The notes beneath the pieces are model-generated. The model saw only the letters and a program-made list of their open reading frames with translations. It was not told where the DNA came from and did no database searches. A program made the translations under genes and the position numbers. 64,000 bases of DNA from NCBI RefSeq assembly GCF_009914755.1, contig NC_060928.1; one strand, written 5' to 3'. Shown here piece after piece: positions 49,450 to 63,884 of this stretch. This stretch comes from the human T2T-CHM13v2.0 reference genome, Homo sapiens. Within the stretch, counting starts at the first letter, position 1. Every line of letters starts with the position of its first letter.

Positions 49450-50053
49450 TGTAACCATAATAGGCTCATTGGTCAATATGCATAGCAAGTCAACATTCAG
49501 AGACACCAGGTTGTAATAGAGAAAGAGGTTTAATTATTGGATCACCTAAAAAGGAGATGAGAGAAAAACTCAAATGTATCTCCCTGAAGAATTTGGGCCT
49601 TGAGTTTTTAAGGGTTTTAGAGTGGGCCAAAGTGTGGAGATCTTCAGTTGGTCTAAGAGTGTATGGGGAAATCACGGGAGAGGGAAATGAAGAAGCTGTA
49701 TTCTGATTCTGATCCTGTTCCTCTATAATTGTCTTCAAAGTGGTTGCTGGAATTTGGGATCTGAAAAATATCTTAAGCAATTATTAAATAAAAGCCTTAT
49801 GATTTTAATGTCAGAGATCTTGTGTATTTGGACAATGGGGATGGAAATAAATTCTTAAACACACTTATCACCCTAATGTCAGAAATTCCATCTATAGGAA
49901 AAATGGGGATGCAAATGGTCAGTATTTTGTGCTGTGTGACTTTTAGCAACAGAGAAGTAGGTCAAAGAGCAACCTGTTTATTGCTTAATTATAATTATAT
50001 TTCTGTTCAGAACCCATCATTCATTTCTTGCCAACTCTGTAGCAGTGGATTCA
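49450..50053 (-). mobile_element. LTR26-like ERV1 solo LTR
   Basis: TG...CA ends; minus strand TGAATCCACTGCTACAGAGTTGGCAAGAA...AGAAATATAATTATAATTAAGC; TSD-like CTAT/CTTT. Confidence 0.7.
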
Positions 50054-50059
50054 CTTTGT

Positions 50060-52500
50060 CTTGTGCTTTTCCACAATAAGCACACCTAAAAACCCTAGAC
50101 ATTAAATATGAAACAAACCTAAGAAGATTATAGCAGAAGGAGAGAAGACAGACTGATTAATGATCTTAGGTTCTTAGAAAGGACATGGAGATGAGATCTT
50201 TGGGTTTTCTTTTTGCCTCATATGTTCTAGATTTGAAGCTGAAGAAGCTGGCTACTCAGAATTGCAAACAGGCACAAACAAAAATGAATGCCCAACAAAA
50301 GCCAATACACTCTTACTAAACAAAATAGAATCTGGCTCATAGACAGTTAACTTTTAGAGTATAACCACTCAATTTCAGAAAACATCATAGAAAAACTGTG
50401 GCTCTAGCCACATTTACTCTAAACTTATGAGACTGTAATGAACCCCCTGCTGCAGTGGTATCATAAAAGGGAAAGTAAAAAGATTTGGGACTTTCATCCT
50501 CACAGGCATAAGTTATAAGACACCCCCTCTACTCAGTGTCAGTGGAGAATATGTAGCAAGCCCGGAATTTCACTCACACTCTGCAATAACAAAGTGCTCC
50601 CAAACCCCCAGTGGACAGATGTCAGTAGAGGCTTAACAGAGAAGCAGAACTTTCTTTATTATCTGTGCAGTGTCAGTGAGGACAACATGGGTAGTATATA
50701 TTCTCTTCTTGCCCAGGAGAAAGGAGAAGCACTCCTACACTGTCAGGAGTCAATGGAAGCTGAGTGGGAAATTTGAACTCATTCCACCTGGCAGTAATAA
50801 GGTGGCATTACCCTTCCACTGCCAAAGTAGTATCAGGAAATCCTAGCTAAAACATAACATTTAAATAAGATCCAAAATATTAGAATACAAAAATCCAGGC
50901 TTCAATAAAATGTTACTCATTATAAAAAGAACTGGAAAGATCTCAAACTGAAAGAAAAAAGGCCATAAATAAATGCTAATATCAAGAAAATAGACATCAT
51001 AGAATTATTAGACAAATATTTAAAGCAGTCATGGTAGGATTGCTTCAACAAGCAATTGAAAACACTATTGAAACAAATCAAAAAGTAGAGATTTAGCAAG
51101 TAAATGAATGATACAAATAAAAACCAACGGAAAGTTTTGAACTGAAAAACAGTAACTAGAATAAAAAGCTCACTTGATGGGCTCAACAGCAGAATGAAGG
51201 GGACAAAGGAAAGAATCACTAAACTGGAGCACATAACAATAAAAGTTACTAAAAGGAAACAGCAGAGATAGAGTAGAAAAAAAAAAAATATATATATATA
51301 TATAGGGCTCAGGGACCTGGGAAGCTATAATAAAAGACCTAATGTTGTGTTACTGGAATTCAATGAGGAGAAAAGAAAAGATGGTACTGAAAATGTACTG
51401 GAAGAAATAATGACTGAACATTTCTGTTATTTCACAAGAGACATAAGATTCAGGAACATGAATGAATCTTTACTAGGATAAACCTAAATATACCAAGAGA
51501 CAGCATTCCTTTTCTTTTACCATTTGAATGATATTGTGCCACTTTCTTCTGCCATCCATGGCTTCTAATGAGAAATCTGTTGTCACTTCCATCTTGTTCC
51601 CATGTCCTCCTTAACCCCAGAAATCCACTAATCTATTAAGCATTTTGATAATTTTGTCATCTCAAGAATTACACATAAATAATATATTATATAAAATTTT
51701 GTGATTAACATTTTTATAAATGAAGATTTATCCAGATTACTGTGTGTATCAGTAGTTCATTCCTTTTAGTAACAGTCCTTGGTATATTTTGTAATTTTTA
51801 AAAGAATTCACTTAACACCTGGATTATTTCAAGTTTGCCTGTTGTACCTATAATTGCTATAAATGTTTCTGTTTAGGTTTTTGTGTGAATGTCAGTCTTC
51901 ATTATTATAGAATGAATGTCCAAGAGTGCAATTGTTTGATCATATGTTAGGTGCATGTTTCGTTTTATAAGAAACTACCCAACTGTGTTCCACAGTGGCA
52001 ATACATTTTCCCCAGCAATGTATGAGTGATCTTGTTTCTCCAAATTCTCACCAGTAGTTGATGTTATCTCTATTCTTTTCTAATTTCAACTATGCTGATA
52101 GCTATGTAGTGATATCTTACTGTAGTTTTAATTTGTATTTTCCTAATGGTTAATAATGGTGAACATCTTTTTCATATACTTATTTGTCATTTGTTTTCCT
52201 CTTTGGTAAAATTTTTTCTCCTGCCTTTGACCTTTTACTAATTGATTGTTGTTTATAGAGTTGAGTTTTGTCATATATGTACTTTAAAAATATCTTCTCG
52301 CATGAATAATATTTGTAGCACTAGAAATGCTTTGCATTTTGACCGTATCAATGTCAGTACCATAGTTGTAATAGCACGCTACAATTTTTGCAAGATATTA
52401 CCATTAGGGGATACTGGGTAAAGAGTACGCAGGATCTCTCTGTATTATCTTTTACATTTGCATGTTAATCTATAATAATCTTAAAACAAAAGTGTTAAAA
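50060..52500. mobile_element. Rearranged old L1M (MC/MD-like) fragments in mixed orientation
   Basis: Plus-strand 5'UTR/ORF1 50060-51500 (CTTGATGGGCTCAACAGCAGAATG); minus fragments 51505-52290; plus 3' end 52300-52500. Confidence 0.65.
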
Positions 52501-52846
52501 TAAAATGTAGGACTTCTAAGGGTAGTATGTTGGTATTATTTTACAAATAACTTTACATTTGGCTTCCTAAGGCCATACTAGCTCCTTTTATGTTCAGGAA
52601 AATAAGCTTATGATATCTTTGGACATACTTATGAAGCAATTTCCTATATTGAAAAATAGTCACTTTCAAGAAGAGAGACCTCAAATATTTTTTCTGAAAT
52701 ATCAACTGTCTACTCTTCAAATCACTGGACTGTGACTGTAAATATAGAAAATAATTAGGATGATCAGAAGAGCATAAACAATTTCTAGCTTTATGTCAAG
52801 GAGTTTTCCAGGAAAAACCTTGATGAAAAATTTTGTTATTGGAAGC

Positions 52847-55373
52847 TGATATAGTTTGAGTGTTTGTCCTCTCCAAATCTAATTAGTGAAATGTAATTCC
52901 CAATGTTGAACATGGGGCGTAATGGGAGATGTTTGGTTCAGGGAGGTGGTTCCCTCATGAATGGCTTGGTTCTGCTCTTAAGATAGCGAGTAAGTTATTG
53001 TGAGATCTGGTTGTTCAAAAGTATGTGGCACCTCCCCTTCCCTGTCTCTCTTGCTCCTGTTCTTGCCATGTGACAGAATGATTATCATCACCTTCTGCCA
53101 TGATTTTAAGCTTCATGATTGTAAGAATGCTAGCTCCCGTAACATCTTGCCATAACTGTAAGGCCTCCCAAGAAGTTGAGCAGATTTGGCACCATGCTTC
53201 TCATACAGTCTTCAGAACGGTTAGCCAATTAAATGTCCTTTCTTTATAAAATACCCAGACTCAGGTATTCCTTTGTAGTAACGTAAATGGCCTAACGCAG
53301 AAAATTGATATCAAGGAGTGGGGCATTGCTATAAAAATACCTGCAAATGTGAAAGAAACTTTGGAACTGGGTAATGGGCAGATTTTAGAAGGGTTTGGAG
53401 GGCTCAGAAGAAGGCAGGGAGTGGAGGGAAAGTTTAGAACTTCTTAGTGACTAGTTGAATTGTTGTGACCAAAACACTGACAGAAATATGGATAGTGAAG
53501 GCCAGGCTGATGAAGCCTTAGATGGAAATGAGGCATTTATTGGGAACTGGCATAAAGGTCACCTGTGTTACACACTGGCTGAGATCTTGACTGGATTATC
53601 TTTATGTAATAGGGATCTATGGAAGTTTGAACTTAAGGGTGATTACTTAGGGTATCTGGCAGAAGAAATTTCTAAGCAACAAAGTGTTTAAGAAGTAATC
53701 TCTCTGCTTCTAACAACCTATGATCAGATATGGGAGCAAAGAAATGACTTAAATTTGGAAATTATTTTTAAAAGGGAAGCAAAGGGTAAAAGTTTGGAAA
53801 ATTCACAGCCTGGCCATGCGGCAGAGAAAGAATCCAAGCAGGCAGTGGAGGAACCGCGTGCGAGAAAAATTAGCATGACTAAAATGGAACCCAGGGGTAT
53901 TATCCAAGACAATGGACAAAAGGCCACAAAGTCATTTCAGAGATCTTAGAGACAGCCCCTCCCATCACAGGCCCAGAGACCTACTAGAAAAGAATGGTTT
54001 CATGGGCCAGGCCCAGGACATCACTGCCCTGCTGCACTGTCCCAGGACTGCTAGGCCTAGGACACTGCTTAATGCATCCTGGGTGCTTCAGCTGGAGCCA
54101 CACCTCAAAGGGCCCTAGGTACAGCTTGGGCCGCTGCTCCACAGGGCATAAGCTATAAGCCTCAGCAGTTTCCACATGGTGTCAGATCTGCAGATGCACA
54201 GAATGCAAGTATAAAGAGGCTTGGCCACTTCTCCCTAGATTTCAGAGGATATATGGAAAAGCCTCGATGTCCAGGCAGAAGCCTGCCACAGGGGCAGAAC
54301 CTTCACAGAAAAACCTCTACTAGGGCAGTGCAGAGGGAAAATGTGGAGTTGGAGCCCCCACACAGAGTCCCCACCAGGGCACTGCCTGGTGTTGCCAGTG
54401 TTGTGGAAATGAGGCCACTGCCCTCCAGGCCCCAGAATGGTGGATTTATTGGCAGCTTGTACCCTGCACCTGGAAAAGCCATAGGCACTCAGTTCCACCC
54501 TGTGAGAGAGACACAAGGGCTGCACCACAGGCGTAGAGTTATGCCAGGTCTTGGGATCCCACCCCTTGTACCAGAGTTCCTTGGATGTGGGACATTGAAT
54601 CTGGGGAGACTATTTTGTAGTTTTAAAATTTAATGACTTCCCTATTGGGTTTCAGACTTGCATGGGGCCCACTGTCCCTTTTTTTTGGCTATTTTCTCTC
54701 TTTTGGAATCATAATTTTTACCTAATGTCTGTACTAGAATTGTATGTAAGGAGTAAATAACTTGTTTTATAATTTTACGGTTTCATAGGTAGAAGGAGAT
54801 AAGTCTCACTTGAGACTTAGGACTTTGGACTCAATGCTGGAATGAGTTAAGACTGTTGGGGATTATTGTCACGGACGACGATATTTTGCAATGTCAAAAG
54901 GATATAAGATTTGAGGGGCTATGGGAAGAATGATATGGTTTGTATGTTTGTCCCCTCCAATTCTCACGTTGAAATATGATTTCCAATGTCCCCTCCAATT
55001 CTCATGTTGAAATATGATTTCCAGTGGAGGTGAGGCCTGGTGGGAGGTGTTTGAGTCTTGGGGGAAGATTCCTCATGAATAGCTTGTTATTGTCCTTAAG
55101 ACAGTGAGTGAGTTCTCATGGGATCTGGCTGTTTAAAAATGGATGACTCATTTCCTTCTCTCCCTTGCTCCTGCTCTTGCCACATAACATGCTGGCTTTC
55201 TGTTGTCTTCCACCATGACTGAAAGATTCCTCAGGCCTTCACCAGAAGCTGAGCAGATGTTGGCACCATGCTTCTTGTACATTCTGCAGAACCATGAGCC
55301 AATTAAACCTCTTTTCTCTATAAATTACCCAGCCTCAGGTATTGCTTTATAGTGATACAAAGGGCCTAATAAA
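52847..55373 (+). mobile_element. Complete MSTA-like MaLR (LTR-int-LTR)
   Basis: LTRs 52847-53299 and 54931-55373 start TGATAT(A/G)GTTTG; internal ORF remnant NCCDQNTDRNMDSEGQADE...AEEISKQQSV. Confidence 0.92.
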
Positions 55374-56299
55374 GAGACTTAATCAGATCTAAAGAAGGAA
55401 ATGTATCATTACAAAATTTAAAATGTCTGATCATATGTAGGACTCTCTTGTCAATTATTGCTCTGTTTAGCGAGATGAGTTTATTTTCAAATTTTTGAGT
55501 TATGTGTCTCTGTGCTGATGTTTAGAGGGAACAAAGGGAAAGATCTGAATTTGTCATTTGAACTAATCTTTATTAAGGTACCACTTATTTTGTGGTAGAA
55601 ATTGTCAGACATTAGGACTTACCAAAAAGGTATACCTAAGAGGAAACATTCCCCACCAGAAAAGGTCTTAATCATCACAGGGTGCACCTCTCCAATTAGG
55701 GTGGCATAGCAAGTGACAGCTACATACGCTTGAGACAATAAAGATTATGCTGCATGCTTTCCAAGTAACAGTGAATTTATTTTTATATTTGTCCTGCACG
55801 GAAATGATGAACACTACATTACTAATTCTAAATTAGCATCTAAAATGACAATACAAATCACTAAACATATAGTCATAAATATGATATATAGGACCACCTG
55901 TAACAGGGTGCTTACTTTCTAATTAAGGCACAATAGCCATTGGTTAATTTCCAGAATCCATTAGACTTTTGTACATATCAGATTGGGCTATCGTACTCTG
56001 ACAAAAATTGTTAAGGTATGCATGCATCCATAAATACTTACAGGAGAGTCACCACTTAAATTTTCTCTTCAGATAAACTATATCTTTATGTCAGTACCTG
56101 TTAAATAAGTCTTGATAATTGAAGTGACTCCTGATTGCAGATGTACTCAAATATAACACTGCCTCTGTTTTGAAGGTACATGAAACACCCACCACTATGA
56201 TAAATTTTGCAATTAGTACTAATGAAAGTTAACATTAGCACACACTGGAAACATTGCCTGGATCTCATTTACTTATGTGGTCTTTGATTCAAGTTGTGG

Positions 56300-57390
56300 A
56301 TAAAGAACATGGTAGCCCCCCTACACACATTTTATTGTCCAGAGACTATTATCACTTGAGTATTAGTGTTCAAATGCCTTAAGAACGTGTGTAATCTCTT
56401 CTTTCAATGTATGGTTATGTAAAACAATTATACAGCATTTATTGTGTGTGTGTATTTGTTTTTAATTTAGTAAAATACTTTTGATACATATCTGTGTTTT
56501 GTGTATATCTGAAGTTTGTTAATTTTTTTTTCTGAGTAGAATTATCATTATATCATGCATTGTATGGATATACTACAATTTGTTCATCCAGTCACATATT
56601 GATCAAAATTGTTCCAAATTTTATACAATTTTTAACAAAGCTGCTATAAAGATTTGCATACAAGTGTTTGCATGGACATTTCTTCTCATAATTTTTGGTG
56701 AATAAGCTAGTTGTAGAATTGGTTTGTCATATGGTAAGTTCATGTTTAAATTTATGAGAAACTCAGAGTCTTCACCAAAATAATTGCTTCATTTTATATT
56801 CTCATTCATAGCTTATGAAAGTTTCAATTGTTTCCTATGTATCTAAAATTTGATATTTTTAGTTTTTTAATTTTAGCCATGTTAACTATACATAGAATTA
56901 TGTATGTAATTTTTAGTGATATTTATTTATATTTATTGGATGATTAATAATGTTGATATTTTCTGTGCTTATTGGCCCAAATTTTTTTGTAAATATCTGC
57001 TCATCTCTTTTGTCAAATTTTGAATTATGTGTCTTATTTTCAAGTTGAATTTGTGTTTGTGTGTGTGTGTGTATATGGATAGAATACCTATTTATTGTCA
57101 GAAGCATTTACTGTGCAAATTTTTCCAGATTGTGAATTTTATTAAAGTATCTTTCAAAGATCAATTAAATTTTAATTTCTTTGGAATCTAATTTATCATT
57201 ATTTTACTTGTATGTTTTATGTTTTCAGTGTCCTAAAATTCTACCCTAAGATCAAGAGATTTCTTCATACATTTTTTACTACAAGTTTTATAAATTTACT
57301 TTAACGTGTTTCCCGTCTATCATCTAAGCCTGAGGTCAGAGTGGAGGTGCATTAAAAATATGTAGCTAAAAAGATATCAAGTGATTCCGG
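56300..57390 (-). mobile_element. Old L1ME-like 3' fragment
   Basis: Reverse L1 3' motifs (GTATGGATATACTACAATTTGTTCATCCAGTCAC, AAAGCTGCTATAAAGATTTGCATACAAGT). Confidence 0.7.
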
Positions 57391-57395
57391 ATTTT

Positions 57396-57450
57396 TTACA
57401 TTACATTACATTACATTACATTACATTACATTACATTACATTACATTACA
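57396..57450. repeat. (TTACA)11 microsatellite
   Basis: 11 perfect pentamer units. Confidence 0.97.
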
Positions 57451-57637
57451 TGTTGAAGCATGTAACAATTTCTATAGCTTATCTACTGTTTTAATAGCAA
57501 ATTACTCCCAAAATTAGTAGCTTAAAAGAACACACATTTATTATCTAATAATTTCTGTGGATAAGGGGTCAAGGCATAACTTAGCTAGATTCTCTGCTTC
57601 AGGCTCTCTACAAAATGTCAATTAAGATGTTGGCCCA

Positions 57638-57927
57638 AACCAGGTGTTGGTGGTGCCTCACACCTACAATCCCAGCAACTAGGAAGGTGGGAGGATGGCT
57701 TGAGGCCAGGAGTTCGAGACCTACCTGAGCAACATAGCAAGAACGCCTCTACCAAAAAACAAAATTAGCCAGTAGTGGTGCCTTGCACCCCTAGTCCCAG
57801 TTAATCAGAAGGCTGAGGCAGGATGATTGCTTGAACCCAAGAATTTGAGGTTGCAGTGGGCTATGATCAAGTTACCACACTCCAGCCTGGGCAACAGAGT
57901 GACATCCTGTTTCAAAAAAGAAAAAAA
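57638..57927 (+). mobile_element. AluJ SINE
   Basis: GGATGGCTTGAGGCCAGGAGTTCGAGACC, GCTATGATC; A tail. Confidence 0.9.
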
Positions 57928-58025
57928 TTGGATCTCATTTGAACACTTCAAGCCACTCCCAAGCTCTCTTATGTGACTGTGTGAGAATTCCATGGCTCAA
58001 GGTTTGCTGTAATGATGGTGGATGG

Positions 58026-58804
58026 TGATGGCCGTGGCTGGGTGTCTCTGCAGCCTGCACCCTCGGGTGCCCCAGGAAGGATGCTAATCCCTGCAGGCTC
58101 GGGGGTGTTGGCCTGACCTCTCTCCATTCCCAGTGCCTACTCTAATCTCCAAGAGGGAGATGGGGCCAAGCCTGGGGGTCATGAATGGCAGCTGGAGGCA
58201 GATTGATTCCTGAATGAAAGGGGCTCGTCCCCAGTAAGGCCCCACCTGTGAGCCAGGAAGGACCTGAATGATCCGGGCCAAGCTGCCAGTCCTGCAGACC
58301 AGAGTGGGAACTCTCATTGCTTCTTCCAGCCCGCCCATGGCAGCATGGAGTACCCTCTCTGCTGATAGCTGGAGACAATGGGACAATGAAAGCTGCAGAG
58401 AGGAATACCTTATCTGCTGAGAGTTGCAGAGACAACCTGCTGGCAGAGAGGAGCTATGCTCTCTACTGAGAGCTTAAGAGACCTGCAGAGACTTTGGAAT
58501 GACTTACAGAGAGGAGCTACACCCTCCAGGTTCTCCTCTCTGCTGAGAACTGAATACTAGATGAGGCTACCTGCCTACAGAGAGGAGCTACCCACTCCTC
58601 TGGCCTGTTCTGACACTAAATAAAACATTTCTTCTTCATCACCCTTCACTCTTCTTCTTCTTCACCCTCCACTCGTCTGCTACCTCATTCTTCCTGGATG
58701 CAGGACATCATTCTTCTTGGATGGAGGACAAGAACTTGGGTAAAGGTGCAGCAGACACAGAGGTTTCAAGCCAGAAAAATCGATGCCCTAGAGATCTTGT
58801 AACA
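58026..58804 (+). mobile_element. MER52-like solo LTR (internally deleted)
   Basis: TGATGG... start, repeated AGAGGAGCTAC units, ends GATCTTGTAACA; TSD ATGG. Confidence 0.8.
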
Positions 58805-61634
58805 ATGGCTTTGTTTGTTACTGGCTTTATCTAAGCATAAAGTTAGAGTTCATTCTCAATAGCTTGTCATGTGGGGGTCTCCACTGGACAGCCAACAACA
58901 TGGCAGCTTTCCTCATCAAAGCCAGTAAAGGAGTCAAGACAAATTGAAAGCTCTTTGTTTTCTCCCCCTCAAGAGGGCAAGAGGTTTCAGTGAAAACTGG
59001 AAAACCTAGGTAAATTCTAACAGAACTGTAACACCTATAATCTAATCTTGGAAATGACACCCATTGACTTTGTCACAGTCTGTTGGTTAGAAGCAAGTCA
59101 CTCAGTTCATCCCCTGTTTAAGGTAAGTGAATTACACAGGGTTGGGAATATAAAATATAGAGTTTATTTGGCTCCATTTTAGAAATTTTCGTATATCACA
59201 TCCTCATTAAATTATCTTCAAATTTTTAATGAAAACCAATTGATAATATATATGTCTGTTTCTCAATATTTCATTTTGTTCCATTGATCTGTAAGCCAAT
59301 GTTTTTGTCAGGGCCACAATAGCTTTATTATGGAAGATTTGTAGTAAATCATTTGTAGCAATCTGGTAGTATCAGTCCTCAATTTTAATATTTAATAAAA
59401 CTTAGCTATCCTTCAGTGCATTGTATTGCCATATGTATTTTATAAACAGCTTAATAAAATCTTCAAGAATAGCCTGTTAAGATGCTAACTGATTTTCTGG
59501 GACCAAACATTTGTGGCAGACTTGTCAGATCATAGGATACAACACAATAATTTTATATGTGGATAGGAACACTCAACCCTAGAAGAAAGTTTTAATCATC
59601 CCAGAAAGCATTCCAAAAAGTAGTAGAAGATGGCATGTATTAGTCAGATTTTGTGAGAAAAAATGATGAAGAAGTTATCTTAAATATATATACTAACTTG
59701 AGGACAATTTTGAGTCTTCAAATCCATAAATTTGGCACATTACTCCATTTATTTAATTCATTTGTATTTGTTCTCTACAATGTGTTGTAGTGTTCAGTGT
59801 AATGATCTTGAAAATATATAACATTAGATTTAAGCATGCCATGTTTATGCTATTGTGAGTGATACTAATACTAATTTAAATAGAATTCAGTTTTCAATTT
59901 TTTAAGTTATATAAAAATATGGTTGACTTTTGTATATTGACTGCATATCTTGAGACCTTTCAAAATTAATGTATTTCTCATTAATGTCATGGAATTTTTT
60001 TTACAAATATATGTCATCTAAGAATAAAGTCAGTTTAGCTTCTTACCTTCCAATTTGAATGGATTTTATTTTTTTTCTGCGTTATTGTACTGACTAGAAC
60101 CTAAAGTAAAACATTCAATAAAAGCAGTGAGAAAAGATATACTTGTCTTATTCCCAATCATAGGGAGAAATTATTGAATGTTCCTCAGTTGAATAGAAAC
60201 TACAGGTTTTATTATGTGTGTGGGGATACCCTGCACTAGATAGAGAAATTTGACCTGTTATTTTACTGTTTGTATCTTGAATAGGCATTTATTTTAGTCA
60301 AATGCATTTTCTTGCATTTCTTTGATATACACATGGTTTTCCATCATTTGATTTACTTTGACTTCTTAAATATATAAACCAATCATAAATTGCTGTGATT
60401 AATTTGAATTTGTTTATGATATCTTCAACATTTGATAAGTAGGTGGATTTTTGGTAATAATTGTATTTAGAATGTTGGTATCTATCTACATTCATGAGAA
60501 AAATGTCGGTCTTTAATTTTATTTACTTGTAAGACTTTTGTTTGACTTTGATGTCATGTTAATGCTATTCTTAAATTTTATTCTTAAAAATTAGTTGAAG
60601 CTTTTTTTTATATATTTTATGTTCCTGAATGTATAATTGGTATTATTTCTTTCTTAAATAAATGATAGAATTTACCTGTAAAATTATCTGGGCCAGAAGT
60701 ATTCATCACAGCAATTTCTTTTTATGAAGAATTCAATTTCTTAACATAAAATGTTAATTTTTTCTACATAATATTTGGCAGCTTGTGCCTTTCAACAGTT
60801 TTATTAATTTTATCAAAGATGTACACTTTATTGCCATGAGATCATTTATCCTATTCTTTATTATGTCTTTAATAACTGTATGATATATGGCAAAATCTAT
60901 TCTTTATTCTTTTTTAAATGATTGTTTTTCAGTTTATGTGAAATTAATATAACAGAAAGTTAACTATCTTAAAATATTAAATTCAGTGGCATTTAATGCA
61001 TTCCCAATGTTATTCAACAACATCTTCCCTCTAATAAAAAAAAATATCACTCCAGAAAAAATTCTGTATTCATTAAGTAATCACTCCCAACTACCACATC
61101 CCTAGCACCGAGCCACCACTCATTAGCTTTCTGTCTCTATGGATTGGCCTAATCTAGATATTTTACATAAAAGGAGTCATATATGTGATATTTTCTATCT
61201 GCCTTCTTGCCCTTAGTATAATATTTTTAAGGTTCACTCAAGTTGTAGCATGTCATTCATTTTTATAACAATAATATTTCATTGTATGTATATACCACAA
61301 TGTGTTAATCCATTTGTCCATTGATGGATATTTGGGTATTTTCCACCTTTTAACTATTATAAGTAATGCTGCTGTTAACATTGGTGTACAGGTTACCGTG
61401 TGAACATATGTTTTCATCTTTCTTGCACATACCTGGAAGTGGAATTGCCAAGTTCCATGGTCATTCAATGTTTAACTTTTTACAAAACTGTCAACGCATT
61501 TTCCACCATGCCTACATCATTTAACATTCCCATCAACAATGTAGGAGGGTTTCCATTTTTCCACATCCTCACCAATACTTTTTTATTTTTTATTTTTTTC
61601 TAATTTTATCTTTATTATAGTCATCATAGGGATG

Positions 61635-62317
61635 TGTGAAAGAGAATAAAATCTTGGGACTGCAAACTCACTATGTCGAAGAGATAGTTAAGCTTGGTAA
61701 CTGAGTCATGCAGTACTGCCTTCTCCAGATAGCTGTAATTTCACAATGACATAGTCTTACCTTATGCCTAAGCCAGGTACTCAAAGGGATAGAAAGTCAT
61801 ATACCTTCCCCAGATGGCCTCTCTCACACATTATTCACAAATAAATTCCTTGTGAGCCCGTAAGTCTGCCAGGATAAATATTCCTCTATAAACCAGTTCT
61901 AAGTCAGAGTTCTGTTAAATCTCAAACTGATTATATGTTGATTATGAGCTTATCCTCACAGATACAGAACAAGGGCAGGGTCAGAAATCATCCTTCTGTG
62001 TACCTTGAGATGGAAGCATAATTGACTTTTTCTTCTACTTTCTCTTTTCATCTTCCCTTATCTTGTGTAAAATGTAAATTCACTGAGCACTTATTAGATC
62101 CTTACTAGAAAGTAACCATTTGCCTCACTGTCTTCTCTCTCTCCCTTTTCTCTACACTGCTCATTCTTTCCCCTTTAAATACTGAGTTCCACAAACCATA
62201 TACGGAAAAGCACAGGTAACAAATGTGACATGTGTTTTTCCCAGGTGCATCCTCAAACTTTAGTTCAATAAACATCTATTGATTGAGACTCCCATCTTAG
62301 TCACTTTGTGGCTAACA
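61635..62317 (+). mobile_element. MER4-family solo LTR
   Basis: TGTGAAAGAGAATAAAATCTTGGGAC...GCTAACA; TSD GATG/GGTG; L1 resumes on both sides. Confidence 0.85.
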
Positions 62318-62765
62318 GGTGTAAAGCAGTATCTTACTGCGGTTTTGATTTGCATTCTTTTAATGATCAATGATGATAAACATCTTTTAATGTGCTCATT
62401 GTTTATTTTATATTTCTTTTGGAGTAATGTCTATTTGATTTCTTTGTATTTTTTAGTTGAACTGCTTGCCTTTTTGTTGTTGAGTTGTAAGAGTTATTCA
62501 TACGTTCTGAATACTAAACCCTTATCAGATATATATATTGCACATATTTTATCTCATGTTGACTTTCTTGATTGTGTCTTTTGATACCCAGTGGTTTTTT
62601 AATTTGATGAAGTTTAATTTATCATTTTTTCTTTTGTTACTTATGCTTTTGTTGCTGAATTGGCAAGTCATTCTCAAATATAAGGGGGTAACGGTTTATT
62701 CTAATATATTCTTCTATTAGTTTTATAGTTTTAGCTCATATATTTAAGTAATTAATCCATTTTGA

Positions 62766-63115
<350 letters not shown>

Positions 63116-63884
63116 CCAACCACATTTTTTTTTTTAATGTGGTAATCCAGTTGTCTTAACATCATTTGTTGAAAAGATTTCTCTCCTTACTGAATGGCCT
63201 TGGTACCCTTATCAAAAATCAGTTTGTTTAGGTTTATTTCTAGACTGTCAGTTCAGTTTTACTTGTTGATATGTTTATCCTTATGTCATTACCACAGTGT
63301 TTTGATTACTCTAGCTTTACAGTAAGTTTTGAAATTGAGAAATATAGATTTACCAACTTTGGCTTTCTTTTCCAAGATTATTTTGGCTACTTGGAGTCCC
63401 TTCAAATTTCATGTGTATTTTAGTATATTTTTTCCTACTTCTGCTTAAAATGACATTTGGGTTTTGGTAGGAACTGCAGTGAATCTCTCCAATACTGCTT
63501 TTGTAAATGTTTGATTGAATTTTTCCACTGTACCATTTGACTCCTCTTTTATTATCTTTTTTGTTTTTTAAGTTTTTTTTTAGTGGTTACCTTGGAGATT
63601 GCAGTTATCATACCAAATTTATACGTCTATTTTTAATTGATACCAATTTAGCTTAAACAGAATACATTCACTCTGTTTCTATCCAGCTCCATGCCCCCTT
63701 ATGTTGTTATTGTCATAAATTTACATTTTATACAACGTTTGTCCATTAGCATTGACTTATAATTAGTGTTTAACACATTTATCTTTTAAATGAAATAGTA
63801 AAAAAGGATGAATTACAAACCCAAAATATAATATTACCTTTTATATTTGTCATTGTGGTTACCATTACATGAAATCTTATTTGT

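Larger units (their letters stand above)
57470..59200 (-). mobile_element. MLT1F-like MaLR LTR split by AluJ and MER52
   Basis: CAAATTACTCCCAAAATTAGTAGCTTAAAA...CTGTTGGTTAGAAGCAAGTCAC...CCATTTTAGAAA reverse MLT1 motifs. Confidence 0.75.

Noticed and set aside
53455-54633. Cluster of 60-126-aa ORFs
   Set aside because: Broken MaLR internal ORF remnants
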